From: Truepera sp.
GTDB taxonomy: Bacteria; Deinococcota; Deinococci; Deinococcales; Trueperaceae
Assembly: GCA_965218435.1 (NCBI GenBank)
Contig: CBDCKW010000009.1
Span: forward strand, 2,464,001-2,528,000
Direction: 5' to 3'
DNA length: 64,000 nt
Under the pieces are notes generated by a model. The model was not told where the DNA came from, ran no database searches, and worked only from the letters and a program-made list of their open reading frames with translations. Both the position numbers and the translations under genes were made by a program. This document shows, piece by piece, positions 1 through 10,094 of this stretch (position 1 is its first letter; the number at the start of each line of letters is the position of its first letter).

Positions 1-51
1 CATGAGGGTCGCAGGGTCGAACATTTGGGTTTGGGCCAGAGTCGTGCTCAT
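1..51 (-). CDS. 5' end of an unidentified gene running off the window (MSTTLAQTQMFDPATLM...)
   Basis: ATG at 51 preceded by GGAAAGGA SD-like sequence on the minus strand; open to the window edge. Confidence 0.5.
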   Translation of the reverse strand, partial: MSTTLAQTQMFDPATLM

Positions 52-386
52 CGTCAATCCTTTCCAACGTGGTTGCATTGTCAGCCGACACGGTGGCTGT
101 TCGTAACGCCAGGTTGTGTACATAATACTCGGTACGTGCCAGCATTGATAGTGGGAACGCGCCAAGGTCATGAGATTTCGGGGGGTAGCCGTTTTATGAC
201 GCCCAATTGTCTAAATGAGAATGTAGCGGTAGCGGCCGTGAATGTCACGTACAAGCTGACATCATAGAGACAAAACGATGATGTTTCTTATCTTTTAGCT
301 GCTAGCTCAGACACACATATTGCGCCAGAAGCAGCCGATAAGTACAGTTTATAAGTTCAAAACGAGACACTGAGATGACGCTAACG

Positions 387-640
387 TCAGTCGGGCGGGT
401 CAGTTTCAAATAATCCCACTACGCGGTCGAAAATCTTTTCAGCCACCGCCCGTCTACTCATTTGGAGCCGTTCGGCCGCGTCACCCTCCGGCGGTTACCT
501 GATTAGCTGTTAGCTGATTGTCGTCGCCACCGAATGCCGACCCCGCGCGTCGGGTAGTTAAGGCAGATGAACTCGAGCTCTTTACGCCGCGCTTTGTCCG
601 CTGCCCGCTCGACTCCCTGACACGCCTCCACCGCAAACCC
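387..640 (-). pseudogene. coaBC: Frameshifted C-terminal fragment of CoaBC (PPC synthetase domain)
   Basis: Three frames read [32 protein letters not shown] / [10 protein letters not shown] / QMSRRAVAEKIFDRVV, matching the CoaB tail GFAxET...RK...N...FGxDxN...MSK..VA..I. Confidence 0.75.
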
Positions 641-897
641 GGCTGCTCCGCCGACCTTACCGTGACGCCATGCAAAAGCCGTGCAAAAGGAGAGGCGCTG
701 GTGGAAGCTGGGGGTAAAACTCAGCTCGAAAACGCGTGTCTCACGCTTGGCTAGACTCGCAGCTTAATCCGGCAACAGTATCTACCCAATAGTGTTACGT
801 TTATCTTTGGATCACTCATTTTGCAAACCTGACTTGTAACCTCCTGACCAAAAACAATGTCCAAGTCAAGGTTGCCCTGATTCACACGGTACTGGCT

Positions 898-1485
898 TCA
901 GCTGCGCGTAATAAAAAGATCACGGAGTTTTCTGAGAGCGGTTGGCTGGACGCATTTTAGTAAATGCTCTTTGATTTGCTCTGCCATCTCTACCGGGTTT
1001 TGAGCGGTCGTGTCAATCTCGAGATCATAAAGCCCATGAGCGTGAACGCGTTCTTGCGCATTTGATAAGGCAGCTTTACTGAAGGTCTTCTCTCGGTCCT
1101 GACGTTGTAACTCTCTACGTTCTAACTCTTCAGGACTACAGCTTAGACCGATAAAGAGCACGTCGCTATGCGCAAGCAGATAGGCGAGTTCAGCAAGGTA
1201 GTAACCTTCGAGGCCGTCCATCATTACATGATCGACAATGATGTTGTTGCCAATGGACGCCATCATCGCTATGGATTGGTGCCAGCCTGAGACGGCCTTA
1301 AACACGGTCTCGTGATGTTCGGGTTGTTCCCAAGCTCTACTGATACGTTCTGGGAGCATCCGGCCTACGTCGTCAAGGCTCATATAAAGAAAAGGCGCTT
1401 CAAGTGTGTTCCTTAAAGCTTTAGCTAAACTACTTTTGCCAGAACTTGGGCTTCCGTTAATCAAGATGACCTTTCCTTTGCCCAT
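898..1485 (-). CDS. Chloramphenicol phosphotransferase-like P-loop kinase
   Basis: VILINGSPSSGKSS P-loop, NIIVDHV, ELERRE..R.DR, VH....YDLEIDTT; GGAGG SD. Confidence 0.85.
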   Translation of the reverse strand: MGKGKVILINGSPSSGKSSLAKALRNTLEAPFLYMSLDDVGRMLPERISRAWEQPEHHETVFKAVSGWHQSIAMMASIGNNIIVDHVMMDGLEGYYLAELAYLLAHSDVLFIGLSCSPEELERRELQRQDREKTFSKAALSNAQERVHAHGLYDLEIDTTAQNPVEMAEQIKEHLLKCVQPTALRKLRDLFITRS

Positions 1486-1646
1486 GCGTATAGCCTCCTA
1501 TAGTAAGGAAATACACCATCATAAGCTAAGCAACTTGGAGTGAATTAGAGAACGATATAGGCGAAAGTGTCGTACGTCGCTAGCTGTTCGAATTTCACGT
1601 ACACTCGAGAGGCACGCTTCTTCTCCGATGGCCTTACAATAGCCCC

Positions 1647-3941
1647 GTGAGCCTTCCCCCGAATCCCGACGCCGTAACGCCCAACCTCCGTGACCGCGCC
1701 GCCACTTTCGGCCTTTCTGACGACGAGTTTACGCAGGTTGTCAAACACTTGGGCCGTGAACCCAACACGCTCGAGGCCGGGATGTTCGGCGCGTTATGGA
1801 GCGAGCACTGCGGCTACAAAAACTCGAGACCACTCCTTAAAAAATTACCGACCGAAGGCAAAGCCGTGTTGCAAGGGCCAGGTGAAAACGCGGGCGTGGT
1901 GGATATCGGGGAGGGTTGGGCGGTCGCTTTTAAGATGGAGTCGCACAACCATCCTTCAGCGGTTGAACCCGTGCAGGGCGCGGCGACAGGCGTCGGCGGG
2001 ATTTTACGCGACATCTTTGCGATGGGCGCACGGCCCTTCGCGGTACTCGATTCGTTGCGGTTTGGTGAGCTGACAAGCGCCCGTACTCGCCACCTCTTAA
2101 ACGGCGTGGTAGACGGGATTGCCCACTACGGCAACGCCATCGGTGTACCCACGGTCGGCGGTGAAATCACCTTTAGCGCATGCTATGAAGAAAACCCACT
2201 GGTCAATGTGATGGCGCTCGGGCTGATGCGGCACGAGGCGTTGCAATCGGGAACCGTCGGCGAGGTCGGGAACAAGCTTATCTATGTCGGCTCGAAAACG
2301 GGGCGTGACGGGCTCGGCGGGGCGGTGTTCGCCTCGGCTGACCTGTCTGAAACCAGTCAGGCCGACCGTCCGGCAGTGCAGGTCGGCGACCCGTTTATGG
2401 AGAAACTCTTGCTCGAGGCGTGTCTGGAAGCTATCGCCCAGGATTTAGTCATCGGCGTGCAAGACATGGGCGCGGCGGGCCTCACCAGCAGCGTCGCGGA
2501 GATGGCGTACCGTGCGGGGCGCGGCGTAGACCTGTGGCTTGACGCGGTGCCGAGGCGTGAAACCGGGATGACGCCTCTGGAAGTTCTCTTGTCCGAATCA
2601 CAAGAGCGGATGGTGTTAAGTGCGCGTCCGGGCCGTGAGGCGGAACTTCTTACCCTGTTAGAGAGGTGGGAACTCGACGCCGTAGAGATCGGAGAGGTTG
2701 CGTCACACGACTTTTTTAGGATTTTGGAAAATGGTGAGACTGTTGGGGAGATGCCGGTCGCCGCGCTGAACGAAGCGCCGACCTATACCCGTGAAGGTGT
2801 AGAATCCGCCGAGGTTCGGGCGGCTCGAGAAACCCCTATCAACGTACCTATACCAGCAGACTTGGGTGCGGCGCTGCTTAAGTTGCTCTCGAGCCCCACC
2901 ATCGCCTCCAAACGCCCAGTATTTCGGCGCTACGACCAGCAGGTGATGACCAACACGGTTGTCTTACCCGGTCAGGCCGACGCAGCGGTGATGCGGGTTA
3001 AGGGGACAGGACGGGGCGTTGCCGCGACGACCGATTGCAACCCACGTTACGTCTACCTCTCGCCTAAACTCGGGGCGATGCACGCGGTCGCTGAGGCCGC
3101 CCGCAACCTCGCGTGCGTCGGCGCGACGCCCTTGGCGATTACCAACAACCTCAACTTCGGCAACCCAACCCGGAATGATGTGTATTTTGAACTCTCCGAA
3201 GCCGTGGACGGCTTGAGTGAAGCGTGCTTGGCGCTCTCGACGCCCGTCACCGGCGGCAACGTCAGCCTGTACAACCAGTACAAGGCCGGTTCCGGCGTTA
3301 AGGCCATCTATCCGACGCCGACGGTCGGCATGGTCGGGGTGTTACCGGACGTCACAAAACGCGCCACCGTAAACCTCAAGCGCGAAGGCGACGTGATGTT
3401 GCTCGTCGGGAAAAATATAGACGAACTCGGCGCGTCGGAATATCTGGCGCAGGTTCACGGGCTGGAGATTGGACAGCCGCCCCAGCTAGATTTAGCACGG
3501 GCAAAGGCGCTCAACCAGGGCGTTTCAACCTTGATTCAAGCAGGGTTATGCGACACCGCCCACGACCTCTCGGACGGTGGCCTTGCGGCCGCGTTAGTTG
3601 AAATGATGCTTGCCGGAAACCAGGGTGCTAAAGTGACGCTGGGAGACGCGCTGCGTCCCGACGCGCTTTTATTTGGCGAAGCGGCCTCGAGAGTTCTCCT
3701 CGCTGTTCCAGCCTCAGAAACCGACCAAGTGACCCAATATCTCAGCACCTACAATTTGCCCGTAACGCCTATCGGCAGCGTTGAAGGCGAGGGGCTCGAG
3801 CTGACCCTCACCGCCCACGACCAAACGCTCACTCTCAGCCTGAGCGACCTCCGCACTGCTTTTGAAACGCCGCTCCAAGCCGCGCTCGAGGGGGAACTTG
3901 TGACTGATATCTTGTTATTGCCAACCGATGACCCAGCCTGA
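1647..3941 (+). CDS. purL: Phosphoribosylformylglycinamidine synthase subunit PurL
   Basis: WSEHCGYK, ESHNHPS, GAATGVGGILRDI, DMGAAG, SESQERM, GGNVSLYN motifs. Confidence 0.98.
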   Translation: MSLPPNPDAVTPNLRDRAATFGLSDDEFTQVVKHLGREPNTLEAGMFGALWSEHCGYKNSRPLLKKLPTEGKAVLQGPGENAGVVDIGEGWAVAFKMESHNHPSAVEPVQGAATGVGGILRDIFAMGARPFAVLDSLRFGELTSARTRHLLNGVVDGIAHYGNAIGVPTVGGEITFSACYEENPLVNVMALGLMRHEALQSGTVGEVGNKLIYVGSKTGRDGLGGAVFASADLSETSQADRPAVQVGDPFMEKLLLEACLEAIAQDLVIGVQDMGAAGLTSSVAEMAYRAGRGVDLWLDAVPRRETGMTPLEVLLSESQERMVLSARPGREAELLTLLERWELDAVEIGEVASHDFFRILENGETVGEMPVAALNEAPTYTREGVESAEVRAARETPINVPIPADLGAALLKLLSSPTIASKRPVFRRYDQQVMTNTVVLPGQADAAVMRVKGTGRGVAATTDCNPRYVYLSPKLGAMHAVAEAARNLACVGATPLAITNNLNFGNPTRNDVYFELSEAVDGLSEACLALSTPVTGGNVSLYNQYKAGSGVKAIYPTPTVGMVGVLPDVTKRATVNLKREGDVMLLVGKNIDELGASEYLAQVHGLEIGQPPQLDLARAKALNQGVSTLIQAGLCDTAHDLSDGGLAAALVEMMLAGNQGAKVTLGDALRPDALLFGEAASRVLLAVPASETDQVTQYLSTYNLPVTPIGSVEGEGLELTLTAHDQTLTLSLSDLRTAFETPLQAALEGELVTDILLLPTDDPA

Positions 3942-5373
3942 GCCTACTGAACTGGACGACAAACTGCACGAGGAGTGCGGCGTCTTTGCGGTCTACCAAC
4001 CTGAACCCGCCGACATCGTGCGGTTTTGTCACCTAGGGATTTTTGCTTTGCAGCACCGGGGCCAAGAGTCGTGTGGGATTGCGGTCTCAAACGGCGACGA
4101 ACTCATCATCGAAAAAGATATGGGCCTCGTCGCTGAAGTCTTTGACGAGGCGCGGCTAGAAAAGTTGCAGCGTCCGGGCCTCCGGGTCGGTCTGGGGCAC
4201 ACCCGTTACGCCACGACGGGCGCGTCTTTACGGTTTAACGCGCAGCCGCTGACTGTGCGCTCGAATAAAGGCATTCTGGCGCTGGCGCATAACGGCAATT
4301 TTACCAACGCAAAGTCCATGCGGCAAAAGATGCTCGACGAAGGCGCGGTTTTTAACACCACGAATGACACCGAAGTGATGATCAACCTGATTGCGCGGTA
4401 TAGCAAGCTCTCTTTAGAAGACGCGACCGCGCAGGTCATGAGCGAGTTCGAGGGCGGCTTTGCGGTCGTCATTATGGACAAACAGAAGATTTTGGGTCTC
4501 CGTGACAGCCACGGCGTCCGGCCTTTAGTCATCGGAGAGCTAAACGGCGGCTATGTGTTCGCTTCGGAACCCTCGGCGCTGCATGTCATCGGCGCGACGT
4601 TTTTGCGTGATGTGCGCCCCGGTGAGCTGGTGATTGCCGATGAGCGTGGGCTCCACTCGAGGCAAGTCCTCAAACCCAAACCGACCCCGTGCGCGTTTGA
4701 ATGGATTTACTTTGCTAGGGGTGATTCGGTTTTAGACGGGGTAGATGTTCACGCTTCACGCCTCAGGATGGGTGAAGTTTTAGCTGCAGAAGCGCCGGTA
4801 GACGCCGATGTGGTCGTTGGTGTCCCCGAGTCTGGCTTAACGGCGGCGGTCGGTTACGCGAGGGCGTCAGGCATTCCTTACGATTTGGGTCTTTATAAAT
4901 CACCGTACACGGGCCGAACCTTTATCAACCCGACCCAAGACCTGCGCAAACTCAAGGTGCTCTTAAAACTTGCGCCGACCGGCGCAGTGCGGGGCAAACG
5001 TGTGGTGCTCGTAGACGACTCCATCGTTCGCGGGACGACCTCCGGGCATATCGTCCAGCTGTTGCGGAGCGCAGGCGCAACCGAGGTACATTTCCGGGTC
5101 TCATCTCCACCGATTCGTCACCCGTGTTACTACGGGATTGATACGGCTGCCCGTAAAGAGTTAGCCGCCGCCACGATGAGCACCGAGGAAATCCGCGATC
5201 TCATCGGCGCAGACTCGCTCGCGTATATCTCCGAACCGGGGTTAGCGAGGGCAATTGGCCTCGCGACCACCTGTTTGGCGTGCTTTAACGGGTCGTATCA
5301 GGCAGGTCATCCCGGTGAGGGCGCGGCAGACGAAGAACAGCTCGCGTTGCCGGTTTTTAATGCTATTGCTTAG
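3928..5373 (+). CDS. purF: Amidophosphoribosyltransferase
   Basis: EECGVF, LQHRGQES, HTRY, VLVDDSIVRGTT, PCYYGID. Confidence 0.98.
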   Translation: MTQPEPTELDDKLHEECGVFAVYQPEPADIVRFCHLGIFALQHRGQESCGIAVSNGDELIIEKDMGLVAEVFDEARLEKLQRPGLRVGLGHTRYATTGASLRFNAQPLTVRSNKGILALAHNGNFTNAKSMRQKMLDEGAVFNTTNDTEVMINLIARYSKLSLEDATAQVMSEFEGGFAVVIMDKQKILGLRDSHGVRPLVIGELNGGYVFASEPSALHVIGATFLRDVRPGELVIADERGLHSRQVLKPKPTPCAFEWIYFARGDSVLDGVDVHASRLRMGEVLAAEAPVDADVVVGVPESGLTAAVGYARASGIPYDLGLYKSPYTGRTFINPTQDLRKLKVLLKLAPTGAVRGKRVVLVDDSIVRGTTSGHIVQLLRSAGATEVHFRVSSPPIRHPCYYGIDTAARKELAAATMSTEEIRDLIGADSLAYISEPGLARAIGLATTCLACFNGSYQAGHPGEGAADEEQLALPVFNAIA

Positions 5374-5382
5374 GTCGAGGTG

Positions 5383-5423
5383 ACCAGCAAATCACCCAGC
5401 GTTCTGCTGGGCGATTTGCTGGT
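5383..5423. terminator. Long hairpin between convergent purF and aldo-keto reductase genes
   Basis: accagcaaatcacccagc-gttct-gctgggcgatttgctggt inverted repeat. Confidence 0.7.
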
Positions 5424-5434
5424 TGCTCGGTGGC

Positions 5435-6283
5435 TTAGTCGGGAATGTAGTCGAACACATCCGGGTTCGGCCCGGTACGACCATCTTCACCCTTGTCGAG
5501 CGCCGTAATTTTCTCTACGTCGGCAGCGTCAAGCTCGAAGTCAAAGATGTTAAAGTTTTCCTCAATCCGTGAGGGCGTGACCGATTTGGGAAACACGATG
5601 TCGCCGCGCTGAACGTGCCACCGTAAAACGACCTGCGCGGTCGTCTTACCGACCTTTTCAGCAATCTGAGTGATCGTCGCGTCATCTAAAACTTCGCCCT
5701 GCGCGATGGGTGACCACGCTTCGGTAGCAATTCCGTGCTCCTGACCGTAGTGACGCACCTCATCGTTGACGAAATAAGGGTGGACTTCTATCTGGTTGAC
5801 GGCGGGTACCGTATCGGTTTCTCGAGCTAACCGCTCGAGGTGCGCAACTTGAAAGTTCGACACACCGATAGACTTGGAGCGGCCCTCTTTTTGAAAGGAC
5901 TCGAGCACCTGCCACGTCGAAACATAGTCGCCGTCGTACTTCGTCGGCAACGGCCAGTGGATTAAAAACAGGTCTACATAATCAAACCCGAGTTCAGAAA
6001 GCGTCTTATCAAAGGCTTTTTTCGCGTCGTCGGGACGGTGAAAGCCGTTGTTGAGCTTGCTGGTGATAAAAACGTCTTCACGCTTGAGACCGGCGGCGCG
6101 AATCGCTTCACCAACCTCTTTTTCATTGCCGTACATCTCGGCGGTGTCAATATGCCGGTAACCGACCTCGAGCGCCTTGCCCATCGCCTCAGCCATCTCT
6201 CTGGGTTTAATCTGAAACACGCCGAACCCAAGTTGAGGAATTATGTTGCCGTCGTTTAAGGTGATATCAGGAACTGTAGCCAT
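5435..6283 (-). CDS. Aldo/keto reductase (2,5-diketo-D-gluconate reductase A-like)
   Basis: GYRHIDTAEMYGNE, LIHWP, IGVSNF, VFPKS; start at MATVPDI after GAAGGGA. Confidence 0.93.
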   Translation of the reverse strand: MATVPDITLNDGNIIPQLGFGVFQIKPREMAEAMGKALEVGYRHIDTAEMYGNEKEVGEAIRAAGLKREDVFITSKLNNGFHRPDDAKKAFDKTLSELGFDYVDLFLIHWPLPTKYDGDYVSTWQVLESFQKEGRSKSIGVSNFQVAHLERLARETDTVPAVNQIEVHPYFVNDEVRHYGQEHGIATEAWSPIAQGEVLDDATITQIAEKVGKTTAQVVLRWHVQRGDIVFPKSVTPSRIEENFNIFDFELDAADVEKITALDKGEDGRTGPNPDVFDYIPD

Positions 6284-6411
6284 CGTTATTTTCCCTTCAT
6301 TAAACATCAAGGCACTACTTAATTGCCTGCAAACAGTTGTCATCGTTACACGGTTATCCAAAAAAGAACGTCAACCTCGCCACGCTTTAGCTTTTATTGT
6401 GCCCGTTCAGT

Positions 6412-8181
6412 TCAGGCAGCGGACGCGTTTTCCTGCCAAGCTAAGGCCGGTTCCGGATGGTCTTGTGTTTTAGCTAACTGGGCGTAAAGGCCGTTTTGCC
6501 GTAAAAGTTCGTGGTGGGTACCGCGCTCTAAAATCCCGCCTTGGCCAAGTACGGCAATCTGGTCGGCTTTACGCACAGTTGAAAGTCTGTGTGCAATCAC
6601 CAGCGTCGTGCGGCCAACCATGAGGCGCTCGAGCGCCTCTTGAATCAGCCGTTCGGTCTGCGTATCTACCGCTGACGTGGCCTCGTCTAAAATCAAGATG
6701 GGCGCGTCACGCAACACCGCTCGAGCAATCGCCAACCGCTGCTTCTGGCCACCCGAAAGTTTGACGCCGCGCTCACCGATTAAAGTGTCGTAACCTTCGG
6801 GTAAGCTTTCGATAAAGTCCGTGGCGTTGGCGACCCTTGCCGCCTCCCTAACCTCGGCGTCCGACGCGTCTGCACGCCCGAACAAGATGTTGCCTTTCAC
6901 CGTGCCGTGAAATAAAAACACGTCTTGCAGCACGATGCTGATCTGGCTTCTGAGGCTGGAGAGCTCGAGGTCACGCACATCATATCCGTCTAAGGTGATA
7001 CGTCCGCCTACCACATCATAAAACCGGGGAATGAGGCTGGCGAGCGTCGTCTTTCCTGCTCCGGTCGGCCCGACAAGCGCGAGCATCGACCCTGCCGGAA
7101 CGTCTAAGTTGATGTTTTCAAACACCGGTTGTTCGGGTTGATACGCAAAGCTGACGTTTTCAAAGCGGAGGTGTCCTTTGGCGCGGCCCGGTAACGTCAC
7201 AGCGCCCGGTGCGTCGGCGATGTCGGGCGTTTCAGCTAGCAAGTCGGTAACCCGCTCGGCTCCGGCGACGGCTTCTTGCAGCTGCTCCCAGGCATTGCTG
7301 AGCTGCCGCACAGGTTGGTAAAAGAGCTCGAGAAATAAAAAGAAGGTTACCAAATCGGCGACCGGCAACGTCCCGGCGAGCGCCATCCGGCCGCCGAAAA
7401 AGATCACGATGATGACCCCGGCTCCGGCTGCTAAGTTGACGAACGGTTCAAACGTCGCCATCAGCTTGAGCGCCTGCAAGTTCGAGTCGCGGTAGCGGTA
7501 AATCCGCGTTCCGACCCTTTCAGACTCGGCGTGTTCGCGGGTAAAGGTCATGATCTCGCGCATTCCCGAAAGGTTATCTTGTAGCGTCGCGTTGAGTTCA
7601 CCCAAGTCCTGCTGCCGCCGCCCGAACGCCGGATGCACAAAAACCGCAAACCCCCACATGGACAGGATAATCAGCGGAATTGGCAGCAGCGTTAAAAACA
7701 TCAGGGTCGGACTCATCCAAAAAAGCGCCACGCTGACCCCGATGAGCATAAAGACGTTGACGAGTACGTCCGGGAGGGCGTGGGCGATCAGGCGCTCGAG
7801 CAAATCCGAATCGTTGACGGTGCGCGACATCAGCTGCCCGGTCTGCTTATCTTCGTAGAATCTAAGTGAGAGCTTTTGCAGGTGGTTATACATGGTGCGG
7901 CGCACATCGGCGACGACGCCCCAGCCCGCGACGTGTGCCATGTACGAGCGGATGAACTCGAGCCCCGCTCGCGCTAGATAAATCGTGAGGGCTGCGAGTG
8001 CAAGCTGTGTGACGAGGCGGTAGGAAGAAGGGCTCGAGTCGCCACTTTGAATGGTCGTAATCAGCTGCCGAATCAGAAACGGCGCGGCGAGCTGCACCCC
8101 GACGAGGAGCATCATGCTGAGGACGGTCCAGATAAGGGCGGTGCGGTAGGGGCGGGCAAAGGTCAGAAACGATTTGAGCAT
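6412..8181 (-). CDS. ABC exporter, fused TMD-NBD (MsbA/Sav1866-like)
   Basis: Six TM segments, GPTGAGKT, LSGGQKQR, LILDEATS, IAHRLST. Confidence 0.93.
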   Translation of the reverse strand: MLKSFLTFARPYRTALIWTVLSMMLLVGVQLAAPFLIRQLITTIQSGDSSPSSYRLVTQLALAALTIYLARAGLEFIRSYMAHVAGWGVVADVRRTMYNHLQKLSLRFYEDKQTGQLMSRTVNDSDLLERLIAHALPDVLVNVFMLIGVSVALFWMSPTLMFLTLLPIPLIILSMWGFAVFVHPAFGRRQQDLGELNATLQDNLSGMREIMTFTREHAESERVGTRIYRYRDSNLQALKLMATFEPFVNLAAGAGVIIVIFFGGRMALAGTLPVADLVTFFLFLELFYQPVRQLSNAWEQLQEAVAGAERVTDLLAETPDIADAPGAVTLPGRAKGHLRFENVSFAYQPEQPVFENINLDVPAGSMLALVGPTGAGKTTLASLIPRFYDVVGGRITLDGYDVRDLELSSLRSQISIVLQDVFLFHGTVKGNILFGRADASDAEVREAARVANATDFIESLPEGYDTLIGERGVKLSGGQKQRLAIARAVLRDAPILILDEATSAVDTQTERLIQEALERLMVGRTTLVIAHRLSTVRKADQIAVLGQGGILERGTHHELLRQNGLYAQLAKTQDHPEPALAWQENASAA

Positions 8182-8308
8182 AAAGTCTCCCGAGAAAGCT
8201 AAACTCACCTTACCGTAAGGCTTCTTGGAAAGCGTGTCGCTACTCTCACAAACCCTAGTAAGACCTATTGATAGCGGCCTTGGTGCTCAGTTGAGATTGT
8301 TATTTTAG

Positions 8309-9070
8309 TTATGGCGCAGGTGAAACCTTTGAAACGTTATCTGAAACTAAATTGCAAACATGCTCGACAATAGGCATATGTTGCGGTAAAAGTTTTTCTC
8401 GGTATAGTGCTGCGCTCCTCGAGTATAAATACAGCGCAGATTTCGCCCGCAACGTTACACTTTCACCACTAAAGCCAAGGGCTGTCCAGTAGAGCGTTTT
8501 CCATTCGCTGTCAGCTTCACTGTCCCGCACCATGCTCCAGAACCGGTTTTCAGAATTACACAACACGCCATTGACAAGTGCAGAGACGTTGGTAAGGTTT
8601 TGCAGCAGATACACAGTCGCGCTGAGGGTTTTCTCGAAGTCATTACGACTTAAGCCACTCAGGATTTTCTGGGCAATTTCAGCATTTTCAGCTAATACCC
8701 AACTCACTGCAATATCAGCGTCTTTAGCGACAAGTGGCCAGGTAAAAGCTTTCGCACGTTGTTGTAAGTTCGTATACCAACCGTCCGGATCGAAGAGTAT
8801 CTGTGCCTCTCGAGCTGCGGCTACGTTCCAGATAGCTTTCCAGGGGTCAGTGAGCATAGATTCACGGTTTTCTTTGTCTAAAAAGTTGATGTTGACCAAC
8901 CGGTCTAGGTAAAACATCCGGTCGGCAGGACGTTTACCGCGTACAACTATGTGAATGTCAAGGTCGCTGAAAACATCTAGTTCCCCACGAGAGCCACTGC
9001 CAATTAAGACAATACTGAGCGTGTTTGGGTCGTCCTGATGTTCGGCTATTATATCTTTAATAAGGTTCAC
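8309..9070 (-). CDS. Nucleotidyltransferase domain protein (KNTase-like architecture)
   Basis: IGSGSRGE...SDLD motif; AT-richer than flanks; start (GTG 9070) uncertain. Confidence 0.7.
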   Translation of the reverse strand: MNLIKDIIAEHQDDPNTLSIVLIGSGSRGELDVFSDLDIHIVVRGKRPADRMFYLDRLVNINFLDKENRESMLTDPWKAIWNVAAAREAQILFDPDGWYTNLQQRAKAFTWPLVAKDADIAVSWVLAENAEIAQKILSGLSRNDFEKTLSATVYLLQNLTNVSALVNGVLCNSENRFWSMVRDSEADSEWKTLYWTALGFSGESVTLRAKSALYLYSRSAALYREKLLPQHMPIVEHVCNLVSDNVSKVSPAP

Positions 9071-9137
9071 AGTGAACTCGAGTTTAGAGAAACAGCTGCT
9101 TTTACACAAGTGCTGCTCTATCCAGCTTGCATCTTTC

Positions 9138-9265
9138 GCCACTGAGTCTTAGCCACATGTTTCTACTTTAGCCTGCTGCGCTTCAGTCGCCCGCACTCCG
9201 CATCGTCCGAATTTACGGGCTAACTCGAGTTCGTCTGGAACGAGCACCGTCCACGCGGACACGTC
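9138..9265 (-). pseudogene. mutL: Decayed duplicate of the mutL 3' end
   Basis: tgcgcttcagtcgcccgcactccgcatcgtccgaatttacgggctaactcgagttcg aligns with tgcgcttcggtagcccgcactccgcgccgcccgaatttacgggccagctcgagttcg at about 10381-10437. Confidence 0.85.
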
Positions 9266-9275
9266 TGCAGCTCGC

Positions 9276-9542
9276 CTAAGCAGCGTCTTGGTCGGTAAGC
9301 TCGAGTTTTTCTTCGAGCCACGTCTGAATAAGCACTTCGGGTGACACTTTTTTGTCTTTGGCTATTTTGGCAACCCGCTCTGCTAAGGCTTCCTCAATAG
9401 CCACGAGTCTGGTTTTTTTAGCAAGGGTAATTTCAAACTCGACTTCCGGCATCGTTGGCCAGTAATCGCCCATGTCATTGGCGTCAAAGAACTCGGTCAG
9501 CTCTTCTAAAGTGTCAAAGGTAGGTAGCTTATTTTCTGCCAT
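9276..9542 (-). CDS. CopG/BrnA-like antitoxin (orphan)
   Basis: MAENKLPTFDTLEELTEFFD..D..DYW...IAK.K.VS...LI..WL.EKL pattern. Confidence 0.75.
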   Translation of the reverse strand: MAENKLPTFDTLEELTEFFDANDMGDYWPTMPEVEFEITLAKKTRLVAIEEALAERVAKIAKDKKVSPEVLIQTWLEEKLELTDQDAA

Positions 9543-9801
9543 ACTGACGCCTAAACTCGACTGAAGGTCTACCTGCCAGAAGCCCCGATACTGAAATATC
9601 TTCATCAATTTGCGGCCAGTGGATACCTTCACCGTTACCCAGTAACTCGTAATCGGCCCTTTCTGAAGTGGTTGCCTTCGCCAAGCGGGGAAACCAGACG
9701 ATAGGAACAGATAAACTCCGTCCATCCGTCAGTAAGACAGTGATTTCATCGTCGGTGCACGCAATGCTGCTTGCACGTGCAGGACTGATTGTGAGAGTCA
9801 T
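9529..9801 (-). CDS. DUF2442 family antitoxin-like protein (orphan)
   Basis: L.DGR.LSVP..WFPRL..AT...R....L.G.G.GIHWP.IDEDISV.GLL; AGGAGG SD. Confidence 0.88.
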   Translation of the reverse strand: MTLTISPARASSIACTDDEITVLLTDGRSLSVPIVWFPRLAKATTSERADYELLGNGEGIHWPQIDEDISVSGLLAGRPSVEFRRQYGRK

Positions 9802-9824
9802 TCCACGCCTCCTTAGACCGCAAC

Positions 9825-10094
9825 TTACAGCTGTGACAGAAGTTTATCGTACTCGTCATGTGTGCCAATCCAGAACCACAGAACGCCTTTTTCGTCACGC
9901 TTACAAACAGCTCGGTACCCTTTACTTACACGCGCCGAGTAAATAGGTAGGCTCGGATGCACGCTTTTGAATTGCAGACTGTTGTGTTGAGGGTTCTGTT
10001 TGAACAGACGATACTGCTTATGTGCTTGTTCCTGAGCGTCTTCAGGGAGTAAGGCAAGCTGTTTGCGGAACTGCTTAGTGGTTCGTGACCTCAC
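9825..10094 (-). CDS. RelE/ParE-superfamily toxin
   Basis: F.KQL..LP...Q......LFKQNP.H.SLQFK......YSARV..GYRA......WFWIG.HDEYDKLL. Confidence 0.85.
   Translation of the reverse strand: MRSRTTKQFRKQLALLPEDAQEQAHKQYRLFKQNPQHNSLQFKSVHPSLPIYSARVSKGYRAVCKRDEKGVLWFWIGTHDEYDKLLSQL

Noticed and set aside
9071..9142. N-terminal extension of the nucleotidyltransferase ORF
   Set aside because: Its GTG lies in the decayed mutL tail and the extension shows no domain similarity.
9543..9725. N-terminal extension of the 149-aa ORF at 9276-9725
   Set aside because: It overlaps DUF2442 in another frame; family similarity begins at MAENKLP (9542).
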